Shown piece by piece: positions 30,506-41,062 of a stretch of 64,000 nucleotides of DNA (positions within the stretch are counted from its first letter, which is position 1; each line of letters opens with the position of its first letter). This DNA is from Planctomycetota bacterium. Its GTDB lineage: Bacteria; Planctomycetota; JAMOSO01. A program made the position numbers and the translations under genes. The notes beneath the pieces are model-generated. The model saw nothing but the letters and a program-made list of their open reading frames with translations. It was not told where the DNA came from and searched no databases. The stretch is from NCBI GenBank assembly GCA_027063065.1, contig JAMOSO010000003.1, positions 1,524 to 65,523 of the forward strand. Reading direction: 5' to 3'.

Positions 30506-31971
30506 TGCAATTACAAACAAATCTTAATCTAAAATTGCAACAAACTCTTAAAATAACACCTAGAATGTTGCAGTCTATTGAAATTTTACAATTACCTATC
30601 ACTAAATTAGAAGAATACATCAATAATGAACTTGTCTCAAATCCCGCATTAGAAATCACTGAAAACTCCACTGAAATAAAACAAAACCTACAAGAAGATA
30701 AAGAAAAATCGCTTAGAAAAGATGAAGGTGACTTCAGTGCCGTAGATGAATTAAGCAAGGATGATATGTGGGACGACGCTTTCGACACTCCCAAAGGACC
30801 TAAATCATCAAACGAAGAATATGGCAAAATGGAAGCAATTGAAAATACAGCCGAAATTAAAGAAACACTAAAAGATTATCTAACCGAGCAAATGCAATTT
30901 TTAGATCTAAGCCCAGAAGAAAAAAAAACACTTGAGTTTTTAATAGAAAATATTGAAGACAGTGGTTATATAGGCACTAACTACGAAGAATTAAAAAAGA
31001 TTGCTCCAGTCAAGGTAGACAATGATATTTGGGAAGCTATGGTTAGAACCTTAAAAGAAATGGATCCACCTGGTGTCGGAGCTCAAAATCTACAAGAAAC
31101 CCTATTACTACAACTATATTTTAATGGCGGCGACAATCGTATCGAAGAAATGTTAATAAAAGAACACCTGGACGACATTCTACACAACCGCATACCACAA
31201 ATAGCAAAAGCCACTAAGATGAGCCAGGCAGAAATTGTCGCATCTGTTGAAGCCATTGCAACTTTAAAACCAAAACCAGGAATTTACTTTACACCTAGCG
31301 AAACAAACAACCAAGCTATACCTGATGTTATCGTTAGTCTAATAGAAGGCGATGATGGCACACGACATTATGTAGTTAGCTTGCGAGAAGAAACTTTGCC
31401 AAATATAAGAATAAATGATTACTACGCATCTGTATTACCCACCATAAAAGAGAACAAAAAAGATTTTAACTACCTAAAAGAAAAAATAGATTCTGGCCAA
31501 AATTTAATATCTGCTCTCGAACAACGCCGCGATACTATTAAAAAAATTGCCACTTATATTGTACAAGAACAACAAGAATTTTTAGAGCATGGCATTGAAA
31601 AATTACGCCCTATGAAGATGCAAGATGTTGCCGATGCTATTGGGCGCCACTTGGCAACTGTAGGACGGGCCATATCTGGAAAATACATACAAACACCACG
31701 CGGTATATTACCATTTAAGTTTTTCTTCTCAGCTGGTTTAAATTCAACTGCAAAAAGCATCTCAAAGGGTAACACTACAGAATCAAATAAAGCCGTTATG
31801 CAAAAAATCAAACAATTAATAGATAGTGAAGACAAGTCAAGACCTTTAAGTGATCAAGAAATAGCTAACATACTAAAAAAACAAGGCACATCAATCGCCA
31901 GAAGAACTGTATCTAAATATCGAGAAGCTATGAATATCGCGTCGACAAGACAACGCAAAGTCTATAAATAA
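30505..31971 (+). CDS. rpoN: RNA polymerase sigma-54 factor
   Basis: Q/L-rich region I, MDPPGVGA, RpoN box IARRTVSKYRE. Confidence 0.97.
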   Translation: MQLQTNLNLKLQQTLKITPRMLQSIEILQLPITKLEEYINNELVSNPALEITENSTEIKQNLQEDKEKSLRKDEGDFSAVDELSKDDMWDDAFDTPKGPKSSNEEYGKMEAIENTAEIKETLKDYLTEQMQFLDLSPEEKKTLEFLIENIEDSGYIGTNYEELKKIAPVKVDNDIWEAMVRTLKEMDPPGVGAQNLQETLLLQLYFNGGDNRIEEMLIKEHLDDILHNRIPQIAKATKMSQAEIVASVEAIATLKPKPGIYFTPSETNNQAIPDVIVSLIEGDDGTRHYVVSLREETLPNIRINDYYASVLPTIKENKKDFNYLKEKIDSGQNLISALEQRRDTIKKIATYIVQEQQEFLEHGIEKLRPMKMQDVADAIGRHLATVGRAISGKYIQTPRGILPFKFFFSAGLNSTAKSISKGNTTESNKAVMQKIKQLIDSEDKSRPLSDQEIANILKKQGTSIARRTVSKYREAMNIASTRQRKVYK

Positions 31972-31979
31972 ACATTAAA

Positions 31980-32672
31980 ATGCATTATTACCTGAAATGG
32001 TTGCAAAATAAAACATTAAACATCCTATTTCCTAACACCTGCTTAAACTGTCATGCATACTGCCATTCAACCGTATGCAACAACTGTCAAAAGCTATTTT
32101 TTTCTAAGCAATCTAATGTATGTAAACGCTGTGGAATGTTTATTCAGACACAGCTTACCACCAAAAAATGTTTTAACTGTTTAAATAGACCTGTTTTATA
32201 CACTCAAGCCCCTCTACTACATGACGGAGCCGTATCTAAAGCTATATCAGATTTTAAATATAATAAAAAAATAAAATGGGGTGATTTTTTTGCGTATATA
32301 TTATATCGTGATTGTAAGACATACATCGAAAACTTTGATATTATTTGCCCAGTACCATTACACAAATCTAGATTACGTCAACGAGGATTTAATCAAAGTG
32401 AAGAAATCGCAATTACATTAAGCAAATTAAGTGGCAAACCTATTGAACATTTATTAATACGTGCAGATAAAACCCATTCCCAAAAAGGATTGGGACGCAA
32501 AGATAGACTTTTAAATCTAAAAAATATATTTAGACCTAAATCTGATGCAAACCATCAAAATATTTTGTTGCTAGATGATGTAACTACTACAGGCTCAACT
32601 CTTTACGAATGTTCAAAAAGTATTAAAAACCCTGGTAAAATAGGTGGGATTTCTGTCAGCAGAAGAATATAA
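31980..32672 (+). CDS. comF: ComF family protein (Zn finger + PRTase domain)
   Basis: CxxC pairs, PVPLH, RGFNQS, LLDDVTTTGSTL. Confidence 0.9.
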   Translation: MHYYLKWLQNKTLNILFPNTCLNCHAYCHSTVCNNCQKLFFSKQSNVCKRCGMFIQTQLTTKKCFNCLNRPVLYTQAPLLHDGAVSKAISDFKYNKKIKWGDFFAYILYRDCKTYIENFDIICPVPLHKSRLRQRGFNQSEEIAITLSKLSGKPIEHLLIRADKTHSQKGLGRKDRLLNLKNIFRPKSDANHQNILLLDDVTTTGSTLYECSKSIKNPGKIGGISVSRRI

Positions 32673-32724
32673 ATAAAAAATTATAAATATTTCAATCTTT
32701 AAATTTTGTAATATGTCAAAAAAC

Positions 32725-32752
32725 TTGAACTACAAATTTTGCATCTTATAAT
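32725..32752 (+). promoter_or_regulatory. Candidate sigma70 promoter of purF
   Basis: TTGAAC-N16-TATAAT. Confidence 0.7.
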
Positions 32753-32780
32753 ATTGTTTCCTTCAAATTATAAGGATAAT

Positions 32781-34691
32781 ATGAGCGATCCAATTAAACA
32801 TGAATGCGGTATCGGAATGATCCGCCTACTAAAACCCCTAGACTATTTTATTGAAAAATATGGTACACCCTTATGGGGATTAAATAAACTATATCTATTA
32901 ATGGAAAAACAACACAATCGAGGCCAAGATGCTTTTGGAATTGGGTGTGTAAAATTGAATATGCCTGTGGGCAATTCATTTATGATGCGCGAACGTTCTG
33001 TCGCAAACAACCCCATTGAAGATGCGTTTAAAAATATATCTACAGAATACAACAGCCTAAAACAAGCTGGAAAATTTAAGCAAAACACAGGATTTAGCTA
33101 CAAAGAAAATTTTGCCTTTGCGGGAGAACTCTATCTAGGCCATTTAAGATATGGCACACATGGCGAAAACAGTATTCACGTTGCCCATCCAGTTGTTAGA
33201 CGCAACAATTGGATAACTAAAAATATTATGTTAGCTGGTAATTTCAACATGACTAACACTCCTGCGTTAATCAAACGTCTAATGGAATTTGGACAACATC
33301 CAACGCGCAATACTGATACCATGACCATCTTAGAACAAATAGGTTACTGTGTTGATGAGGCCTATGACAAATTAAGAAGAGAACTACAAAGCGATAGCTT
33401 AAACGGCTTAGAGCTAACAGAAGAAATATCCAACCAAATTAATCTTTTAAACATTTTAAAAGACGCAAGCAAACAATGGGATGGCGGATATGTATTTGGA
33501 GGCTTCACCGGCAGTGGCGATTCTTTTGTAATGCGCGACCCTAACGGTATACGACCATGCTCTTATATCCAAACAGATGAATATGTTGCAATAGCAAGTG
33601 AACGCGTTGCTTTAATGACTGCATTCGATAGCGATATCGATTCTGTACAAAATCTACCACCAGGACATGCCATTACTATAAATCGTAAAGGTAAAATGCA
33701 AATAGATCAAGTTATGCAACCTCGCACAAAAGCTCACTGTTCGTTTGAACGCATATATTTTTCTAGACCTAACGACCCTGAAATATATACTGAACGCAAA
33801 AAATTAGGACAAGCTATTGTTCCGCAAATATTAAAAAGTATCAATAATGACTTAGAAAATGCCGTGTTTGGATTTATCCCTAATTCTGCAGAAATAGCAT
33901 ATTTAGGAATGATCGAAGCATTAGAAGATAAGTGCAAAGAAATTACCAAAAATAAAATTTTAGAGGCGCAAAAACAAGGCGAACTTACTCCCGAACAAAT
34001 TGATAAATTTTTATCATTAAAACCACGAGCTGAAAAAGTTGCCATTAAAGACGTTAAAATGCGTACGTTTATTTCTCAAAGTGATGGACGTAAAGACTTG
34101 GTTAGTCACGTATATGATATAACCTATGGCATTATTAAGCCAACAGACACCTTAATATGTATTGATGATTCAATAGTACGCGGTACAACTATGCGGGAAT
34201 CAATTTTAAGAATATTAAGTCGACTAAACCCTAAAAAAATTATTATTATTTCTTCTGCTCCACAAATCAGATATCCAGATTGTTATGGTATTGATATGTC
34301 AAGAATGACAGAATTTATTGCTTTTGAAGCTACTATTGCCCTATTACAAGAAAACAACCAAAGCGCATTAATAGATGAAGTATATAAACTGTGTGTTGAG
34401 CAGGCTCAACTACCAGATAACAAACTGCACAATTATGTTAGCAGGCTTTATAAAGAGTTTAGTCCTCAAACAGTATCAGATAAAATCACTGAAATGCTAA
34501 CTCCAACAAATATCAATTGGAAAGGCTCTATTGAAATTATTTATCAAAGCATCGAAGGCTTACACAAAGCTATACCAGAACATTCTGGCGACTGGTATTT
34601 TACTGGTAATTATCCTACACCAGGAGGTTATCGAGTACTTAATACTGCTTTTATAAATTATTACGAAAAAAACGATAAACGTTCATATTAG
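32781..34691 (+). CDS. purF: Amidophosphoribosyltransferase, long form
   Basis: Start MSDPIKHE|CG with AAGGA SD; QHNRGQD, GHLRYGT, CSFERIYFSR, DDSIVRGTT, YGIDM. Confidence 0.92.
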   Translation: MSDPIKHECGIGMIRLLKPLDYFIEKYGTPLWGLNKLYLLMEKQHNRGQDAFGIGCVKLNMPVGNSFMMRERSVANNPIEDAFKNISTEYNSLKQAGKFKQNTGFSYKENFAFAGELYLGHLRYGTHGENSIHVAHPVVRRNNWITKNIMLAGNFNMTNTPALIKRLMEFGQHPTRNTDTMTILEQIGYCVDEAYDKLRRELQSDSLNGLELTEEISNQINLLNILKDASKQWDGGYVFGGFTGSGDSFVMRDPNGIRPCSYIQTDEYVAIASERVALMTAFDSDIDSVQNLPPGHAITINRKGKMQIDQVMQPRTKAHCSFERIYFSRPNDPEIYTERKKLGQAIVPQILKSINNDLENAVFGFIPNSAEIAYLGMIEALEDKCKEITKNKILEAQKQGELTPEQIDKFLSLKPRAEKVAIKDVKMRTFISQSDGRKDLVSHVYDITYGIIKPTDTLICIDDSIVRGTTMRESILRILSRLNPKKIIIISSAPQIRYPDCYGIDMSRMTEFIAFEATIALLQENNQSALIDEVYKLCVEQAQLPDNKLHNYVSRLYKEFSPQTVSDKITEMLTPTNINWKGSIEIIYQSIEGLHKAIPEHSGDWYFTGNYPTPGGYRVLNTAFINYYEKNDKRSY

Positions 34692-34724
34692 ATAATTATG
34701 GGGCTATAAATGCCCCATAATTAT
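34692..34724. terminator. Bidirectional terminator between purF and the Dabb gene
   Basis: ATAATTATGGGGC-TATAAAT-GCCCCATAATTAT between convergent stops. Confidence 0.8.
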
Positions 34725-35017
34725 TAATCAGCATCATAAATCAATACTTTATTCCAAAAAGTATTAAACTTATTTAAAAAATCTTTATGTAATGGATGCA
34801 CTTGATAAGCATCATGAGCAACCATATCTGCAAAAATTACTGTTAAACAAAAAGAATAACTACGATCTATAGCTGGCCTATCTGTTATAGCAGGAGTACC
34901 AATAAAACAAGACTCAGAATCTATTAATTTTAATGACTCTAAACCAGACTTAAAATTTTGTAACTGAGACTCAGATAAGTCTTCTTTTAACCAAAATAAA
35001 ACATTATGTACTAACAT
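34724..35017 (-). CDS. Dabb (stress-responsive alpha-beta barrel) family protein
   Basis: HNVLFWLK, DAYQVHPLH, VLIYD. Confidence 0.88.
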   Translation of the reverse strand: MLVHNVLFWLKEDLSESQLQNFKSGLESLKLIDSESCFIGTPAITDRPAIDRSYSFCLTVIFADMVAHDAYQVHPLHKDFLNKFNTFWNKVLIYDAD

Positions 35018-35019
35018 AA

Positions 35020-36123
35020 TTAAACCTTCTTAAAATCATTCATCATATTAGTAAATTCATCGAACAAATAAGCAGAATCATGTGGACCTGGCGAAGATTC
35101 AGGGTGATATTGCACTGAAAATGCCGGCACATTTTTACAACGTATGCCCTCTAAAGTATTGTCATTTAAATTGACATGGGTCAACTCTACCTTATTTTTG
35201 TCTAACGCTTCTAGATTAACACAAAAACCATGATTTTGAGAAGTTATTTCAACTTTTTTAGTCTTTAAATTTTGAACTGGCTGATTACCACCTCTATGTC
35301 CAAACTTTAACTTATAAGCGCTACCACCCATCGCTAAAGATAGCAATTGATGCCCTAAACAAATACCAAAGACTGGGATTTTACCTAACAATTCTTTAAT
35401 AGTAACAATAGCATAGGTTAATGGCTCAGGGTCACCTGGTCCATTAGATAAAAAGACACCATCAAAACCACCATCTAAAATAGTTTGTGCATTAGTATCA
35501 GCAGGAAAAATTGTCACATTACATCCAGCAGCATCTAACATACGCAAAATATTAGTCTTAATACCAAAATCAAAGGCTGCAACTTTAAACTCTTTATCTT
35601 GCGAGTGATTTCCAAATGGTTGGGCAGTTTTGATAGAAATATCTTTGACTATATCACGACCTTCTAAGCCTGGATATTTAGCTAATTCATTTTTTAGATT
35701 ATCTATAGATAACAATTGTTCATCACCCGAGGCAATAATCGCACGCATAGCACCCTTATCGCGAATATGTCGAGTCAAGGCTCTAGTATCAATACTATCA
35801 ATACCTATAATATTATTATCTTTTAAATATTTGCCCAAAGTTTGTTGAGATTGAAAATTACTTGGATAATCACAATACTCTCTTACAACAAAACCAGAAG
35901 CAAAAATGCCACGACTTTCTATATCACCTTCATTAATACCATAATTACCTATCAGAGGATAAGTCATTGTAATAATTTGCTCATTATAAGAAGGGTCTGT
36001 TAAAATTTCTTGGTAACCCGTCATTGAGGTATTAAAAACGGCTTCACCACATTTAAATCCCTCTGCGCCAAAACCGCGACCATGAAATACAGTGCCATCT
36101 TCTAGTAGTAATACAGCTTTCAT
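35020..36123 (-). CDS. carA: Carbamoyl-phosphate synthase small subunit
   Basis: FNTSMTGYQEILTDPSY, SNGPGDP, GICLGHQ, QYHPE. Confidence 0.98.
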   Translation of the reverse strand: MKAVLLLEDGTVFHGRGFGAEGFKCGEAVFNTSMTGYQEILTDPSYNEQIITMTYPLIGNYGINEGDIESRGIFASGFVVREYCDYPSNFQSQQTLGKYLKDNNIIGIDSIDTRALTRHIRDKGAMRAIIASGDEQLLSIDNLKNELAKYPGLEGRDIVKDISIKTAQPFGNHSQDKEFKVAAFDFGIKTNILRMLDAAGCNVTIFPADTNAQTILDGGFDGVFLSNGPGDPEPLTYAIVTIKELLGKIPVFGICLGHQLLSLAMGGSAYKLKFGHRGGNQPVQNLKTKKVEITSQNHGFCVNLEALDKNKVELTHVNLNDNTLEGIRCKNVPAFSVQYHPESSPGPHDSAYLFDEFTNMMNDFKKV

Positions 36124-39100
36124 TATTTTGAGCTCCTGTTATATAGTTGCAGAGGCTTTACTGACATCCCCTGAGTTTGTAAACTTTGCATAGCTTTCAC
36201 CATGGCCTTAGCCGCTTCAAAAGTAGTTACGTAAGGTACTCCATTATCCAAAGCAGATCGACGTATAGAAAACGAATCCTTAATAGCCTTTGCGCCAACA
36301 GTGGTATTAATGACAAAATCAATGTCCCCATTAATAATTTTATCCACAACATTTGGTCTACCATCTGCAACTTTTTTAACATAATCAACCGGCACACCAA
36401 TACCGCGAATAGCGTCACAAGTGCCACCTGTTGCCACTAATTTATAGCCCATTTTGTGTAGAGGCATAGCCACTTCCATAGCTGATTTCTTGTCTAAATC
36501 TTTAATGGATATAAACACCGTACCTTTTTCTGGAGGCAATTTAGATCCAGCTGCTATTTGACTCTTAGCAAATGCAATTCCAAAATCTGTAGATAAACCC
36601 ATAACTTCACCAGTAGATAACATCTCTGGCCCTAAGGTTGTATCGACACCAGGAAATTTAATAAAAGGAAAAACTGCTTCCTTAACAGCAATGTGCTTAG
36701 GAATGACTTCTTTTGTAAAGTTTAGCTCTTTTAATGTTTTGCCTGCCATAATTTTGGCTGCTATTTTAGCTAACGGCACTCCTATCACCTTAGACACAAA
36801 AGGTACTGTTCGTGATGCTCTAGGATTTACTTCGATAATATAAACCTCGCCATCTAACACAGCATATTGAATATTTATTAATCCTAAAACTTTTAATTCC
36901 ATAGCTAATAATTTAGTTTGGCGCTTCACTTCTTTTAAAATATCATCGCTTAAAGTTACAGGAGGCAACGAACAAGCCGAATCCCCAGAATGAATCCCCG
37001 CCTCTTCAATATGCTCTAACACGCCACCAATTACAACTTCATGACCATCACAAACAGCATCTACATCTAATTCTGTTGCACCAGCTAAAAATTTATCTAT
37101 TAAAACTGGATGATCAGGAGATGCTTCAATTGCTTGAGCAACGCATCTTTCTAAATTGGCATCATCATAAACTACATTCATTGCACGACCACCCAACACA
37201 AAAGATGGTCTAACCAACACTGGATAACCTATTTTTTTTGCCATAGATAATGCACCCGCAAAATCCATAGTTGTCCCACTATATGGTTGCTGTAACTCTA
37301 ACTTATTAAGTAAAAGCCTAAAACGCTCTCTATCTTCTGCTCTGTCTATAGAATCAGGACTTGTGCCAATTATTGTAACCCCTGCCTCTTCCAAAGCCTG
37401 AGCCAATTTTAATGGCGTTTGACCACCAAACTGTACTATAACACCATCTGGCTTTTCTTTATCAATAATACTCATGACGTCTTCAAAAGCTAATGGCTCA
37501 AAATAAAGCTTATCTGAAGTATCATAGTCAGTTGAAACTGTTTCTGGATTACAATTTACCATAATACTTTCAACGTCAATTTCTTCCATAGCAAATGACG
37601 CATGAACACAACAATAATCAAATTCTATACCTTGTCCAATACGATTAGGACCACCACCAAGAATCATAATTTTACGTCTATCTGTACGCTCCGCTTCGCA
37701 TTCTTGATCATAACTTGAATATAGATATGGCGTAAAAGCTTCAAATTCTCCAGCGCATGTATCCACACGCTTAAAAGATGCAATAATACCCATAGATTTG
37801 CGTTTAGCCCTAAAATCTGATTCGGTCATATTGGCTAATTTTGCCAGATAAGAATCTGCAAAACCATATTGCTTTGCTTTGCGCATCAAATCCACATCAA
37901 TATTATCAATATTTTTTATTAGCTCTGCTTCCATTTGCACAATTTCACGCAAATTGTGCAAGTACCATGGATCTATAGCGCTTAATTGATAAATCTTAGC
38001 AACGCTAATACCACGTCTTAACGCCTCGGCCACATACCATAAACGATCCCATAAATGCTGACGTAATTTTTCCATTAAATCAACATCTGTTATATTTGCA
38101 TCGATATATTGGTTTGACAAAGAATCTCTGCCAATTTCTAAAGAACGTATGGCTTTATTAAATGCTTCTTTAAAAGTACGACCTATACTCATAGCCTCTC
38201 CAACAGAACGCATCTGAATGCCTAAAGTAGGATCGGTATTAGGAAATTTTTCAAACGTGAAGCGTGGCCATTTAACTACACAATAATCGATAGATGGCTC
38301 GAAACACGCATAAGTTTTACGAGTTATATCATTTGGGATTTCATCAAGGGTATACCCAATAGCTAATTTAGTTGCAATTTTTGCAATAGGAAAACCCGTA
38401 GCTTTAGATGCAAGAGCCGAAGAACGACTTACGCGAGGATTCATTTCGATAACAATGACTCGACCAGTTTTTGGGCAAACAGCAAATTGTACATTAGAAC
38501 CGCCTGTCTCTACACCTACTAAACGCATAATATCAATAGAAGCATCACGCAATACTTGATATTCCTTATCCGTCAAAGTCTGTGCAGGTGCAACAGTAAC
38601 AGAATCACCTGTATGAATACCCATAGGATCTAAATTCTCAATTGGACAAACAATTACAACATTATCCGCTTTATCGCGCATAACTTCTAATTCATATTCT
38701 TTCCAACCGAGGATAGACTCTTCTATTAAGACCTCACTCATTGGAGAAAGACTTAAACCCCATTCAACAAAACGCTCGTATTCATCATTATTGTAAGCGA
38801 TATTCCCTCCACTGCCTCCCAAAGTAAACGAAGGGCGAATAATAGCAGGAAAACCCACCTCATCACGGGCTTTAACTGCGTCATCCATATTATGAGCAAT
38901 AAATGATTTAGCCACTCCCAAACCAGCTTTTTCTACGATAGCTTTAAACTGCTCTCTATTTTCAGCGCGTTCGATAGTCTCACGATCTGCGCCTATCATA
39001 CGCACGCCATATTTTTCAAAAACACCATTTTCTGCTAAAGTCAATGCAGTATTTAACGCAGTTTGACCACCTAAAGTAGGCAAAACAGCATCTGGTCGCT

Positions 39101-39341
39101 CTTCTATTATAACCTTTTCAACCATTTCAGGAGTAATAGGTTCAATATATGTACGATCCGCCATATCCGGATCTGTCATTATGGTTGCAGGATTTGAATT
39201 AATAAGAACTACCTTAATTCCTTCCTCCATTAACACTTTACAGGCTTGAGCTCCAGAATAGTCAAACTCACAGGCTTGTCCAATTACAATGGGGCCTGAG
39301 CCTATCACCAACACTTTTTTGATTGAATTATCTCTTGGCAC
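36123..39341 (-). CDS. carB: Carbamoyl-phosphate synthase large subunit (GTG start)
   Basis: [25 protein letters not shown], duplicated ATP-grasp domains, MGS domain. Confidence 0.99.
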   Translation of the reverse strand: MPRDNSIKKVLVIGSGPIVIGQACEFDYSGAQACKVLMEEGIKVVLINSNPATIMTDPDMADRTYIEPITPEMVEKVIIEERPDAVLPTLGGQTALNTALTLAENGVFEKYGVRMIGADRETIERAENREQFKAIVEKAGLGVAKSFIAHNMDDAVKARDEVGFPAIIRPSFTLGGSGGNIAYNNDEYERFVEWGLSLSPMSEVLIEESILGWKEYELEVMRDKADNVVIVCPIENLDPMGIHTGDSVTVAPAQTLTDKEYQVLRDASIDIMRLVGVETGGSNVQFAVCPKTGRVIVIEMNPRVSRSSALASKATGFPIAKIATKLAIGYTLDEIPNDITRKTYACFEPSIDYCVVKWPRFTFEKFPNTDPTLGIQMRSVGEAMSIGRTFKEAFNKAIRSLEIGRDSLSNQYIDANITDVDLMEKLRQHLWDRLWYVAEALRRGISVAKIYQLSAIDPWYLHNLREIVQMEAELIKNIDNIDVDLMRKAKQYGFADSYLAKLANMTESDFRAKRKSMGIIASFKRVDTCAGEFEAFTPYLYSSYDQECEAERTDRRKIMILGGGPNRIGQGIEFDYCCVHASFAMEEIDVESIMVNCNPETVSTDYDTSDKLYFEPLAFEDVMSIIDKEKPDGVIVQFGGQTPLKLAQALEEAGVTIIGTSPDSIDRAEDRERFRLLLNKLELQQPYSGTTMDFAGALSMAKKIGYPVLVRPSFVLGGRAMNVVYDDANLERCVAQAIEASPDHPVLIDKFLAGATELDVDAVCDGHEVVIGGVLEHIEEAGIHSGDSACSLPPVTLSDDILKEVKRQTKLLAMELKVLGLINIQYAVLDGEVYIIEVNPRASRTVPFVSKVIGVPLAKIAAKIMAGKTLKELNFTKEVIPKHIAVKEAVFPFIKFPGVDTTLGPEMLSTGEVMGLSTDFGIAFAKSQIAAGSKLPPEKGTVFISIKDLDKKSAMEVAMPLHKMGYKLVATGGTCDAIRGIGVPVDYVKKVADGRPNVVDKIINGDIDFVINTTVGAKAIKDSFSIRRSALDNGVPYVTTFEAAKAMVKAMQSLQTQGMSVKPLQLYNRSSK

Positions 39342-40996
39342 TATTTATCTCGCTTATTTGAAAAAATAATTGCTTCTTTAACTAAATTATAAAACAGTGG
39401 AGAAGGAGTCTCCAACCGTGATGTCAACTCTGGGTGAAACTGACAGGCCATAAAATATGGGTGACTAGGCAATTCCATTAATTGCATAATACGCAAATCA
39501 CTGGCGTGACCAGAAAATACAAGTCCAGCATCTTCTATTTGTTGTATATAGTCAGGGTTTACTTCATAACGATGCCTAAAACGCTGACGTACAGAAGTAG
39601 CCCCATATAACGCATGAGCTTTTGTACCTTCTTTTATTAAGACATCTTGCCCACCCAAACGCATACTGCCACCTTTTTTAGTTACTGCTTTTTGTTCTGG
39701 CAAAATATCGATAACCGCTGTTCCAACATCTATACCATCTTCCAAAATTTCTGCAGTATTAGCATCTTTAATACCCACTACATTGCGAGCATATTCAATA
39801 ACTGCCAATTGCATACCATAACATATACCCAAAAAAGGAATATTGTTTTCTCGGCAATAAGTTATTGTGCTAATTTTGCCCTCTATTCCGCGTGCTCCAA
39901 AACCTCCAGGAACAATCACCCCATCGACAAGCTCTAAAACTTCTGCCATTTTTTTAGGCTGGGTTTCTAAGCCATCTGTATCTAACCAAACCACATTAAC
40001 TTTCACATCATTGTTAGCAGCTGAATGGGTTATGGATTCGACAACGGAAGCGTATGAATCTTCTAACTCGGTATACTTTCCAGCAATAGCAATATCTATT
40101 GTTTTGGATGGATTTTTAATGTTTTTTAATAATACATTGACCCTATTACGCCAAGCATTAATTTTAGGCGGTGAATATATATTTAACTTTTTATGTAAAG
40201 TTTCTACTAAACCTTCTTGCTCATATATTAATGGTATTTCATATATACATTCAACATCAACGCCAGATATTACATCGCTTGGTTCTAAATTACAAAATAG
40301 AGCTATTTTTTCTTTAATTTTTGGAGTCAAATACTCTGAACAACGCCCTATAATTATATCGGGTTCTATACCAAATTGTTGCAAACTTTTTACACTCATC
40401 TGCGTTGGCTTAGACTTTTGTTCATTAACACCATTAGGCACGGGAACATAAGTCAAATGAATGAATATAATATTTTCTGGGCCAAATTCAAATTTTAATT
40501 GGCGCACCGCCTCTATATAAAACTGATTTTCTAAATCGCCTACCGTGCCACCAATCTCCAATAAACCCAAATCTGCCTGTTCTGTCTCAAGAGTATTATA
40601 TATTTTCTCTTTAATCATATCTGTAACATGAGGAATAAATTGCACTGTTTTGCCTAAATAGTCTCCAGCGCGCTCTTTTTCTAAAATCTCTTTAAAGACC
40701 TTTCCCATGGTGATATTCCAGTCAAACTTAGTGTCGACTCCTATAAAGCGTTCATAATGACCAAAGTCCATGTCTACCTCGCCACCGTCATCCTGTACAT
40801 AAACTTCACCATGTTCCACAGGATTCATAGTACCTGGATCAGTATTGAGATAACCATCACATTTTATTGGAACAACTTTTAAGTTAGCGGACAATAATTT
40901 GCCAATTGAGGCAGCAGCAATGCCTTTGCCCAACCCGGAGAGAACACCCCCCGTAACAACAATTAATTTAGGGGATTTTTTCTTTTTTCTGCTCAT
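39341..40996 (-). CDS. pyrG: CTP synthase
   Basis: [34 protein letters not shown]. Confidence 0.98.
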   Translation of the reverse strand: MSRKKKKSPKLIVVTGGVLSGLGKGIAAASIGKLLSANLKVVPIKCDGYLNTDPGTMNPVEHGEVYVQDDGGEVDMDFGHYERFIGVDTKFDWNITMGKVFKEILEKERAGDYLGKTVQFIPHVTDMIKEKIYNTLETEQADLGLLEIGGTVGDLENQFYIEAVRQLKFEFGPENIIFIHLTYVPVPNGVNEQKSKPTQMSVKSLQQFGIEPDIIIGRCSEYLTPKIKEKIALFCNLEPSDVISGVDVECIYEIPLIYEQEGLVETLHKKLNIYSPPKINAWRNRVNVLLKNIKNPSKTIDIAIAGKYTELEDSYASVVESITHSAANNDVKVNVVWLDTDGLETQPKKMAEVLELVDGVIVPGGFGARGIEGKISTITYCRENNIPFLGICYGMQLAVIEYARNVVGIKDANTAEILEDGIDVGTAVIDILPEQKAVTKKGGSMRLGGQDVLIKEGTKAHALYGATSVRQRFRHRYEVNPDYIQQIEDAGLVFSGHASDLRIMQLMELPSHPYFMACQFHPELTSRLETPSPLFYNLVKEAIIFSNKRDK

Positions 40997-41062
40997 TCAA
41001 ACCTTTTAATTTAGGTGATTACAAAATTTCAGTGAGTATATCATAAGAACTTTTAAAATCCA

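Noticed and set aside
39647..40451. 194-aa and 96-aa ORFs opposite pyrG
   Set aside because: Antisense shadows.
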